IMG/VR virus record: IMGVR_UViG_3300009702_000002
Location: 1-48,031 of that record
Origin: a virus
Length of the DNA stretch: 48,031 nucleotides
Reading direction: 5' to 3' (one strand)
This document shows, in pieces, positions 35,097 through 41,880 of the stretch. Every line of letters begins with the position of its first letter. The first letter of the stretch is position 1. A program made the position numbers and the translations under genes. The notes beneath the pieces were generated by a model, which was not told the origin of the DNA, made no database searches, and saw only the letters and a list, made by a program, of their open reading frames with translations.

Positions 35097-35227
35097 TTAT
35101 AACTTGCCTGCGGTAGACGATTAACAACTCGAACAAATGGAGTCCAACATCGACCCCACCAAATACGAGTGAATACATATTTGTAAGTTCGCTTTTCATT
35201 CCATGTTTTAAAGTTAATTTTAATCAT
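35093..35227 (-). CDS. Small Trp-rich protein (44 aa, below cutoff)
   Basis: Hand translation MIKINFKTWNEKRTYKYVFTRIWWGRCWTPFVRVVNRLPQASYK. ATGA-coupled at both ends. Confidence 0.35.
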   Translation of the reverse strand: MIKINFKTWNEKRTYKYVFTRIWWGRCWTPFVRVVNRLPQASYK

Positions 35228-35712
35228 TTTACATTCAACCTCCATCCTTGAGTGAGCGTTGCACCGGCCACGGCTTTACCAGCTTTGATATCTTCTTTAA
35301 TTTTCTTTTTATCAATCTTGTAAGACACCACTTCAGTTTTGTATTTGTCTGAAATTTCATCAGCTTCTACAATATTGACCGCTGGTGGGTTTTTTTGTCT
35401 TTTGATGGCAAAGTAAGGAGTTTCAATAATGCTGATTTCGCTGACCTCCATACCATGCAAGACGTATTGTTCAATCCATTGTTCGCGTCTTTCCAATCGT
35501 TGCCGACGTTCCTTGATTTCCTTTTCGGCGTTTTTCATGGCGATAATATCAACACCAATATTACGCATATAAGCTACAACACTTTTGGTCTTTTCTTCAA
35601 TATCACCCACCAAACCATTCAATGTATCTTCAACTATCTCAGCCGGTAGATCCATGTCCTCAAGCTCTATTAGAGCCTTTTGGTGCATAGCTACGTATTC
35701 ATATAGCTTCAT
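35224..35712 (-). CDS. Sipho_Gp157-like early protein
   Basis: 162 aa. MKLYEY...E...AEIVEDTLNGLVGDIEEK, a central coiled coil, and a C-terminal KIDKKKIKEDIKAGKAVAGATL pattern as in the Gp157 family. Confidence 0.55.
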   Translation of the reverse strand: MKLYEYVAMHQKALIELEDMDLPAEIVEDTLNGLVGDIEEKTKSVVAYMRNIGVDIIAMKNAEKEIKERRQRLERREQWIEQYVLHGMEVSEISIIETPYFAIKRQKNPPAVNIVEADEISDKYKTEVVSYKIDKKKIKEDIKAGKAVAGATLTQGWRLNVK

Positions 35713-36128
35713 TAGTCGAACCCTGGAATATCGTCGTTAAAGCCATAAGAATCAGACTGATTGACTCCAGACTGCTGAGGTTGAGTATGTGTTTGTGGTT
35801 GACCCTGAATAGTGGCTGGCAATACTCGAATACCACCACGAATTTGACCGAAAGTCACTGACGGATCGTTCCATAATCTAATTCTTCCACCAGGCCAATT
35901 GTCGGTGTTAGGCTGATTTAACAAGTGAGCAATCATGTCTCGATTAACCACGTTAGAAACCATTGCTTTTTGAAACTCATGGAAATAAATACACCATTTC
36001 ATTTCTGGGGGCTTACCTTCCTGTGCGACGTTTTCTTCGACTACATCTCTTATCGTAACGTTAACGCCTTGACCTACATCTTCCTTTTTTAAATATTTTG
36101 AAACCTTCATTGAATCAATATGTGGCAT
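35712..36128 (-). CDS. Hypothetical early protein with SSB-like acidic C-terminal tip (candidate ssDNA-binding protein)
   Basis: 138 aa. Q/P-rich linker then ...GFNDDIPGFD, reminiscent of the SSB DDDIPF tail. AGGAGG SD. Confidence 0.35.
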   Translation of the reverse strand: MPHIDSMKVSKYLKKEDVGQGVNVTIRDVVEENVAQEGKPPEMKWCIYFHEFQKAMVSNVVNRDMIAHLLNQPNTDNWPGGRIRLWNDPSVTFGQIRGGIRVLPATIQGQPQTHTQPQQSGVNQSDSYGFNDDIPGFD

Positions 36129-36139
36129 TTTAACCTCCT

Positions 36140-36162
36140 AAGTGTTTCATAAAAGTTAACAT
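36140..36162 (+). promoter_or_regulatory. 23-bp box AAGTGTTTCATAAAAGTTAACAT, copy 1
   Basis: 22/23 identical to 37165..37187. Lies between the start of the early-left operon and plus-strand gene 36296. Confidence 0.5.
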
Positions 36163-36295
36163 CTTTATTTTAAAAAAGATAGATTAAATCGATTGATTCG
36201 TTAAAAAAAAATAGGGTGGCGTTGCGTCGTTATTTACACTACTATTACCTTATATAAAAAATATTAATAACAATAAAAACAAGGAATATCAAAGG

Positions 36296-36622
36296 ATGAC
36301 AAAAGTTGAAAAGATTGATCTATACTGGGTTGAGCCAACCCCGTTAACACGATCTGTTGAATGGGCTTCGGAATTTTTAAATGATTTAGGCGGGGACTAC
36401 AGTATTTCAGAAGCGGCAAAGGATCAAGTTACTTTAAAAAACAAAACTGCTTGTCCAGGTTATTGCTCTCAAGGTAATTCAACAACAAAAACGTGTAATG
36501 ACATTGAGCGAGCAATTTGCCAAGCCATTAAAACTTTTGATTCAGAATTAACGGCTGGCTTTATTCATTGCTCTAGGGACAAATGCTCAGGATGTGAGAT
36601 GGTGATTCGAGATAATTCTTAG
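36296..36622 (+). CDS. Cys-rich hypothetical protein (108 aa) convergent with the CI-like gene
   Basis: ORF track. Its stop overlaps the CI-like stop by 4 nt. Confidence 0.55.
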   Translation: MTKVEKIDLYWVEPTPLTRSVEWASEFLNDLGGDYSISEAAKDQVTLKNKTACPGYCSQGNSTTKTCNDIERAICQAIKTFDSELTAGFIHCSRDKCSGCEMVIRDNS

Positions 36623-37050
36623 TTTTGGTTCTTAATAACTATTTTTAAGGCGGTCTGGCGCTCATGTTTAGTAATAGGGGCAATCTCGTGATTGCTACAT
36701 TCTGTAAATGCTGTTTTCATAATTTTGCGCCGACCTACTTTTGTTTGATTTCGATATTGTGTAATCAATGCAATTTCATCTGGAGCGCGTAAATCAAAAC
36801 CATCCATTGTACCATGACCAATCATTAGCCAACTAAAAGAACATTCTAAAGCCGAGCATAACTTCTCCCCAGTCTCGTATGATGGTATTGTATCGGCATG
36901 TAAAAATCGATGAATCATAACGCGCTCATTAACGTTGCAAACTACTTTAATTTCCTCAAGTGACTTTTCGCCATGTCCTCGCGCTGCTAAAACTTCTTTA
37001 AATCGTTTACTGAAAGCTTCTAGCTTACTCTTGTCTGTTTTTTTTCTCAT
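36619..37050 (-). CDS. CI-like repressor (XRE-type HTH, no S24 peptidase domain)
   Basis: 143 aa. HTH region ...KRFKEVLAARG...PSYETGEKLCSALECSFSWLMIGHG. Divergent from the Cro-like gene. Confidence 0.6.
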   Translation of the reverse strand: MRKKTDKSKLEAFSKRFKEVLAARGHGEKSLEEIKVVCNVNERVMIHRFLHADTIPSYETGEKLCSALECSFSWLMIGHGTMDGFDLRAPDEIALITQYRNQTKVGRRKIMKTAFTECSNHEIAPITKHERQTALKIVIKNQN

Positions 37051-37121
37051 AATTCACTCTTGTCTATTTTTAGTTGATTATAACTTAGTTTCTGTCTTGT
37101 TGTTGCGCAAAGAGTAACATA

Positions 37122-37136
37122 TTAAGTGTCACTTAA
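37122..37136. promoter_or_regulatory. Palindromic operator candidate TTAAGTG-T-CACTTAA
   Basis: Perfect 7-1-7 dyad in the CI/Cro intergenic region. A further TTAAGTG half-site lies at 37187..37193. Confidence 0.5.
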
Positions 37137-37159
37137 CAAACATGAACAAGATCAAGGGC

Positions 37160-37187
37160 TTGACAAGCGTTTCATAAAAGTTAACAT
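37160..37187 (+). promoter_or_regulatory. PR-like promoter candidate (TTGACA-N16-TAACAT) containing copy 2 of the 23-bp box
   Basis: TTGACA at 37160..37165 and TAACAT at 37182..37187, 36 nt before the Cro-like start. Confidence 0.45.
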
Positions 37188-37222
37188 TAAGTGATGATTC
37201 ATAATTACTTAAGGATAATCGT

Positions 37223-37450
37223 TTGAACAAGCAAAAAATAAAGAAATACATTGTTTGGGCTGGGGGTCCGTCAGAGGTTGCAAGAGAGTTGGGCTTGTCA
37301 CGTACAACAGTTTGGCGCTGGGTTCACTCTGGATTTCCCGATACTGACTTCAGCGGCAAAACGTCACATGCAAGCAATATAGCTGCACTCTGCATTGGTA
37401 ATGGTCACTTGATAACAGACAAAGAAGTGCTTGCAGCGGGTCGCCCATGA
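37223..37450 (+). CDS. Cro-like HTH protein (TTG start)
   Basis: 75 aa. GGPSEVARELGLSRTTVWRWV. AAGGA SD 7 nt upstream of the TTG. Confidence 0.6.
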   Translation: MNKQKIKKYIVWAGGPSEVARELGLSRTTVWRWVHSGFPDTDFSGKTSHASNIAALCIGNGHLITDKEVLAAGRP

Positions 37451-37653
37451 AGAAACAAACCACAGTGAGAGACGGTCTTTACAAGGTGCTTGATACTCTT
37501 ATCAACGCTTGTAAGAGCATGAATCGAGAGCTGCCTTCCATCACGCTTACTTCAGCACAATTTCAAATTTTTCAAATGTTCAATCACAAAATTGGTGGCG
37601 TATATCGTTATCGGGGGATTGAGGTGAAGAAGGTCGAAGGGAATGTACGGTAA
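37447..37653 (+). CDS. Hypothetical protein (68 aa)
   Basis: ORF track. ATGA coupling. Confidence 0.55.
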   Translation: MKKQTTVRDGLYKVLDTLINACKSMNRELPSITLTSAQFQIFQMFNHKIGGVYRYRGIEVKKVEGNVR

Positions 37654-38464
37654 GATATTTGATTCAATTTATGATGGAACGCTCGCTGAAGACTGGCGGG
37701 CATTAATTACTTTTCAGCAATTTATTGTTCTGTGTGATGCCGACGGTATAGTTGATATGACACCACAGGCAATTAGTCGTCGTACCGGAATCCCAATTGA
37801 GCATATTAAAGCAGGAATTGAGATCTTGGAAAAGACCGACAAATACAGTCGAACGGAGGGTCAAAAGGGTCGGCGAATTAAGCTGATAGATCAACATCGA
37901 CCGTGGGGATGGTTTATTGTCAATCATGAAAAATACAAGCATTTAAAGGATTCTGACACCATTAGAGCGCAAAATCGCGCAAGAAAACAAAAGCAACGAG
38001 AGGTCGAAAAGTCACGCTCGGTCACACTCGGTCACGCCGAGTCACGCTATACAAATACAAATACAAATACAAATACAAATACAAATACAAAGATCAAAAC
38101 ACTTGGTCAAAAAAAGAATTTTGACCTTTTCTGGGCCGCGTATCCGCGAAAAGTCAAAAAGAAAGAAACCATTAAAGTCTGGAAAGAGAAAAAGCTTGAT
38201 GACAAAGCTCAGGAACTAGTTGTTGACATTGAAAACCGTCTTCAGAAAGACGATGGCTGGAAGAACGGTTTTATCCCTCATCCCCCCACGTACCTCAGAG
38301 GGGAGCGGTGGGCCGATGATATTCAGCTCGCAACCAAGGAATCCGAAATGCAATCACGAAGTCAGATCATGCGTATCGGCGCACAGATGAACTTAAAACC
38401 CAAAGTGGGCGAAAGCATGGAAGCTTACGAAGCCAGAGTGAGGACAACCCGTCATGGAAGCTAG
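37643..38464 (+). CDS. Replication initiator / replisome-organiser-like protein (lambda O analogue)
   Basis: 273 aa. N-terminal FDSIYDGTL..DWRALITFQQFIVLCDADGIVDMTPQAISRRTGIP and C-terminal FDLFWAAYPRKVKKKETIKVW...RWADD, as in prophage replication proteins. Iterons lie inside the gene. Confidence 0.6.
   Translation: MYGKIFDSIYDGTLAEDWRALITFQQFIVLCDADGIVDMTPQAISRRTGIPIEHIKAGIEILEKTDKYSRTEGQKGRRIKLIDQHRPWGWFIVNHEKYKHLKDSDTIRAQNRARKQKQREVEKSRSVTLGHAESRYTNTNTNTNTNTNTKIKTLGQKKNFDLFWAAYPRKVKKKETIKVWKEKKLDDKAQELVVDIENRLQKDDGWKNGFIPHPPTYLRGERWADDIQLATKESEMQSRSQIMRIGAQMNLKPKVGESMEAYEARVRTTRHGS
38011..38047. repeat. Four tandem 10-bp iteron-like repeats GTCAC(G/A)C(T/C)(C/G/A)(G/A/T)
   Basis: gtcacgctcg gtcacactcg gtcacgccga gtcacgc, phased exactly 10 bp apart. 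Confidence 0.7.
38051..38086. repeat. Hexanucleotide microsatellite (ACAAAT)5 plus ACAAAG, encoding (TN)5TK
   Basis: Read directly from the sequence, immediately 3' of the iterons. Confidence 0.95.
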
Positions 38465-38702
38465 ATGTAGCCATTGCGGTAAACGTCCTGGGCGAATAGA
38501 GCACAACGGCCTGAAATGTTGGTTGTGTTATGGCGTAGAGCAGCAGATGGCCGGTAATGAAGACTGGCGTGATTGTTTTAGTCGTGAGTACCAAGCCAAG
38601 CACGACATGGTTAAACGAAAGGACGAAACCAAAACGAACTTAGCTAACCGGTGCAAACTATTTTTGGCTAAAAATGGATTTACCTTCCATGAGCAAAAGT
38701 GA
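38454..38702 (+). CDS. Cys-rich hypothetical protein (82 aa)
   Basis: ORF track. CSHCG...CWLC. Confidence 0.5.
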   Translation: MEARCSHCGKRPGRIEHNGLKCWLCYGVEQQMAGNEDWRDCFSREYQAKHDMVKRKDETKTNLANRCKLFLAKNGFTFHEQK

Positions 38703-38856
38703 GAATAGGAAAAATTTTCCAAAGGTGACGAAAGTGATCGATCACTTTAGAGAACAGTTCTCGGACTTGAAAGTAATTTACGTGAGAGAAAACGGCAAAG
38801 AGCTGGGGTGCAGAAATGAATCCAAAAGGAACATACGACAAAGCGAATCACATTGA
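38689..38856 (+). CDS. Hypothetical protein (55 aa from internal ATG)
   Basis: ORF 38674..38856 trimmed to the ATG overlapping the upstream stop. Confidence 0.4.
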   Translation: MSKSENRKNFPKVTKVIDHFREQFSDLKVIYVRENGKELGCRNESKRNIRQSESH

Positions 38857-39049
38857 GTACGAAAAATTGGGAAAGGAATTAGATCAAACAACTTGCAAGG
38901 CTATTGCTCGCAAATTTGAGATCCATTATTCGGCTGTCACATCATTGCTTCGACTTGATGATGATGACATTCGATTGATCCGAGAAATTATGAAGGAGCG
39001 GCGCAGAATAATGAAGCGGCGTGAAGAATTGAGGCAAATGCTCAAATGA
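38816..39049 (+). CDS. Hypothetical protein, possible HTH (77 aa)
   Basis: ORF track. Confidence 0.5.
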   Translation: MNPKGTYDKANHIEYEKLGKELDQTTCKAIARKFEIHYSAVTSLLRLDDDDIRLIREIMKERRRIMKRREELRQMLK

Positions 39050-39471
39050 AAATCTGGCTTATGAAGCTTCCCAATGGTGATTTGAGATCATTGGATGAAG
39101 TAGGGATCAGAAAAATTGCTGTTGGTGAAGCAATTGAGTTTGATTACAAGATTCCTCGTAATTATAAATTCTTGCAAAAGTTTTTTGTTTTTTTAAAAGC
39201 GGTTTATGACATCGAAGCAATACAAGAACAGTTCAGCAGCGTTGAACATTTACGCTATGCGCTAACAATGGACGCTGGATATTTTGAATCAGTGGCGGGA
39301 ATGAACGGCCAAATTTATTTAAAACCCAGATCCATCTCGTTTGCCAAAATGGATGAAGCCGAGTTTGATCAATTTTATGCAAAGGTGATGGAAATTGTTT
39401 TAAAGCGACTTCCAACTTACGTGAAGGAAGATATTTTTGAAATGGAAAATCATATTATGAGTTTTGCTTGA
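39046..39471 (+). CDS. DUF1367-like phage protein
   Basis: 141 aa. PRNYKFLQKFFVFLK and SISFAKMDEAEFDQFY patterns. Confidence 0.45.
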   Translation: MKIWLMKLPNGDLRSLDEVGIRKIAVGEAIEFDYKIPRNYKFLQKFFVFLKAVYDIEAIQEQFSSVEHLRYALTMDAGYFESVAGMNGQIYLKPRSISFAKMDEAEFDQFYAKVMEIVLKRLPTYVKEDIFEMENHIMSFA

Positions 39472-39604
39472 AAATGTTTCACATGAAACACGTTCCATGT
39501 CAAGTAACATATTTTCAGTAAAACTCAAATAATGCTTGATTTTATAAAAATTTTATTAGGTTGCATCTAACAATGTCTAGGAGCAGTTAAGGGAGGCTTG
39601 ACGA

Positions 39605-40117
39605 TTGTATTCATTATTGTTTTTAAAAGCTGAGGTTAGTGCTAAGAAGGTCAATTTTAAACCGATTAAACCGATTTTTAAACTGCTTGACAGAGGAAGA
39701 AAAGCCTTGGCTCAGAAAAAGAAAAAAAAGAAAAGTCGTAAAGTTTTGAAGAAAACGGCATGGGATTTGCTCAGTAAAATAATTCGACTCAAATATGCCG
39801 ATAGCAATGGCTATTGTTCTTGTGTTTCTTGCGGAATCACAAAGCATTGGAGCGAAATGCAGGCCGGTCACTTCATCCCGAAAGCAAAAGGCAATGTTGT
39901 TTACTTCCTCGAAGAGAATATTCATCCTCAATGCGTTCACTGTAATATGTACCAGGATGGGAACTTAACACCTTACACATTATTCATGATCGATACCTAC
40001 GGTCGTGATGAAGTTGAACGCTTACAAAACCTGGTCCATGAAAAATTAAAAATCACTGAAGCAGATTATAACGACATGATCGTTGAGTACAAAGAACGAT
40101 TGAAGGATCTGTTATGA
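39605..40117 (+). CDS. ninG: NinG/Rap-like recombination endonuclease
   Basis: KTAWDLLSKIIRLKYADSNGYCSCVSCG...EMQAGHFIPK...NIHPQCVHCNMYQDGN. There is no ATG, so the start is TTG at 39605 or, better supported by an AGGAAG SD, TTG at 39707. Confidence 0.65.
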   Translation: MYSLLFLKAEVSAKKVNFKPIKPIFKLLDRGRKALAQKKKKKKSRKVLKKTAWDLLSKIIRLKYADSNGYCSCVSCGITKHWSEMQAGHFIPKAKGNVVYFLEENIHPQCVHCNMYQDGNLTPYTLFMIDTYGRDEVERLQNLVHEKLKITEADYNDMIVEYKERLKDLL

Positions 40118-40968
40118 AGGCGCTTGACTTGTTTTCAGGTATCGGTGGTTTTTCTTTAGGGCTTGAACGTGCCGGTATTGAGACAATTGCTTTTTGTGAA
40201 ATAGAAGACTATCCCGTTTCAATTTTAAACAAACATTGGCCTAATGTACCCGTTTATAGAGACATAAGGAAATTAGATGGAACACAATTCAGAAATAAAA
40301 TCGAAGTTGTCTGCGGAGGCTTCCCTTGCCAACCATTCAGTGTTGCCGGACAGCAAAAAGGCAAAAAAGATGACCGCCACCTCTGGCCGGAAATGTTACG
40401 AATTATCAAAGAATCAAAGCCCACTTGGGTTATTGGTGAAAACGTTGCTGGTTTCATCAAAATGGCACTCGACGATGTGTGTCTTGACTTGGAAAACGAA
40501 GGCTTCACCACGATACCGTTTAATTTACCAGCTTGCAGCGTTGGTGGTATCCATCGACGAGAGCGAATATTTTTTGTGGCCTACTCCGAATACAATGGAC
40601 TACTTACCACCAAGATCCGAGCAAGCAAACAAGAAACTGTTCAAAGGTCATCGAAAGGGTCGAACGAAACCATCGAATCTAAGAGAGTTTGTATTACCGA
40701 GAATGTGGCCGACACCATCGGCAAGGGATTGGAAGGATTCACCAGGAATGAGCAAGACCAGGGAGAAGGGTCGCAAGAGACTCGATCAACTTCCACGTCG
40801 AATTTTTCACGAGACTGGCAATCAATCAGGTTCCCAACTGAACCCCCGATTCGTAGCGGAGATGATGGGTTTCCCGACCATGTGGCTCGATTAAAAGCAT
40901 TAGGCAATGCAGTTGTACCACAAATACCTGAATTGATAGGCAGAGCAATAATGGCGGTATCCGCATGA
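40114..40968 (+). CDS. DNA (cytosine-5)-methyltransferase (frame A; see finding on the frame split)
   Basis: Motif I LFSGIGGFSLG, IV GGFPCQPFS, VI GENV, VIII HRRERIFF, X LGNAVVPQ. The middle third is low-complexity in this frame. Confidence 0.75.
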   Translation: MKALDLFSGIGGFSLGLERAGIETIAFCEIEDYPVSILNKHWPNVPVYRDIRKLDGTQFRNKIEVVCGGFPCQPFSVAGQQKGKKDDRHLWPEMLRIIKESKPTWVIGENVAGFIKMALDDVCLDLENEGFTTIPFNLPACSVGGIHRRERIFFVAYSEYNGLLTTKIRASKQETVQRSSKGSNETIESKRVCITENVADTIGKGLEGFTRNEQDQGEGSQETRSTSTSNFSRDWQSIRFPTEPPIRSGDDGFPDHVARLKALGNAVVPQIPELIGRAIMAVSA

Positions 40969-41189
40969 GAGATTATGACGATTGTAATCGAGCCGATGAT
41001 CGGCGCAATTCCAAAATGTCAGATCTCGCTCAAGACAACGCCATTATGAGAAAAGCATTGCGCGAAATTAGTGAGGTTTATATCGGTAGTGAAGGGTTTA
41101 ATTCTGACACACCAAGAGAACATTATTTAAAAAAATTGATTCGAGATACGTATTTAATTGCAATAAAATCATTAAAGGCAACTCAGTGA
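40965..41189 (+). CDS. Hypothetical protein (74 aa)
   Basis: ORF track. ATGA coupling. Confidence 0.55.
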   Translation: MRDYDDCNRADDRRNSKMSDLAQDNAIMRKALREISEVYIGSEGFNSDTPREHYLKKLIRDTYLIAIKSLKATQ

Positions 41190-41386
41190 GCTTAACTGAA
41201 ACAGAATTTAAAGCTCAAGGATTAGAGATAAAAGAAAAAAATTGTTCAATTTGCAGGAATGGCCTGAAGTTAAATACCGCTTCAGTTATTAAAGGTAAAC
41301 ACATAACCAAAGAGAGGTATTTATGCAGCAAGGGGTTGAAATTTCCATCATGCAGAAGTCTAATAAAAGGGTTCAAAATGAAATAA
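41186..41386 (+). CDS. Hypothetical protein (66 aa)
   Basis: ORF track. Confidence 0.5.
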   Translation: MSLTETEFKAQGLEIKEKNCSICRNGLKLNTASVIKGKHITKERYLCSKGLKFPSCRSLIKGFKMK

Positions 41387-41730
41387 TGGAAGAGCGCGAA
41401 CTTGAAAAGCTTTTGGATCTCTGGCGTGAGTGGTCACAATCAAACTGTACTGGCACAGGCTTTAAGAACAGGACGATTGAACACCAACTCATGATAGAAG
41501 GTGCAGTAACCAGAGCGACCGGCTCACATGTTCTAGAAAGCCCAGATTGTGAACGGTTAGACGCTGCAATTTCTAAAATGCCACCACAAATGAAAAAATG
41601 CATTAAATTGAAATACCTTTTCGGTTTTACAAATAAAGACGCAGCTAAAGCCTTACGAATGGCAGTGCCGACTTATAAAAACTTAACACAACGTTGCCGG
41701 TCCTGGTTATGTGGAAAACTTACGCGATAA
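41386..41730 (+). CDS. Q-like late antiterminator (phage 21/82-type Q family look)
   Basis: 114 aa from the TAATG-coupled ATG. LEKLLDLWREWSQSN...GFKN and a C-terminal HTH-like KLKYLFGFTNKDAAKALRMAVPTYKNL. Followed by a terminator and then late-type genes. Confidence 0.55.
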   Translation: MEERELEKLLDLWREWSQSNCTGTGFKNRTIEHQLMIEGAVTRATGSHVLESPDCERLDAAISKMPPQMKKCIKLKYLFGFTNKDAAKALRMAVPTYKNLTQRCRSWLCGKLTR

Positions 41731-41840
41731 AGTTGTTGAAATTTCGCGGCGAAAACTTGCAAAATGGATATCCATAAAGTAGTCTAAAACCCATAGAGTG
41801 AGTTCTTTGCTCTTAAATTCCTTTTCAAGAATACACATTT

Positions 41841-41866
41841 AGCCGCTCTTGTTAGCGGTTTTTTTA
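41841..41866 (+). terminator. Intrinsic terminator downstream of the Q-like gene (tR'-like)
   Basis: AGCCGCT-CTTGTT-AGCGGTT (7 bp including one G-U pair) running into T7, 15 nt before the next ATG. Confidence 0.65.
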
Positions 41867-41880
41867 TGCGTGAATAAAAC

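Noticed and set aside
38011-38086. A CRISPR array or other spacer-repeat locus formed by the 10-bp and 6-bp repeats. Also considered for the CGATAAGTCG repeats at 32221..32245.
   Set aside because: The repeats are directly tandem with no spacers and are far too short. They lie inside a coding gene or the attP arm.
39475-39490. The 7-2-7 dyad TGTTTCA-CA-TGAAACA downstream of the DUF1367-like gene, as a terminator or operator.
   Set aside because: The 2-nt loop makes an RNA hairpin implausible and no U-tract follows. It is a single occurrence, so a protein-binding role cannot be supported from sequence alone.
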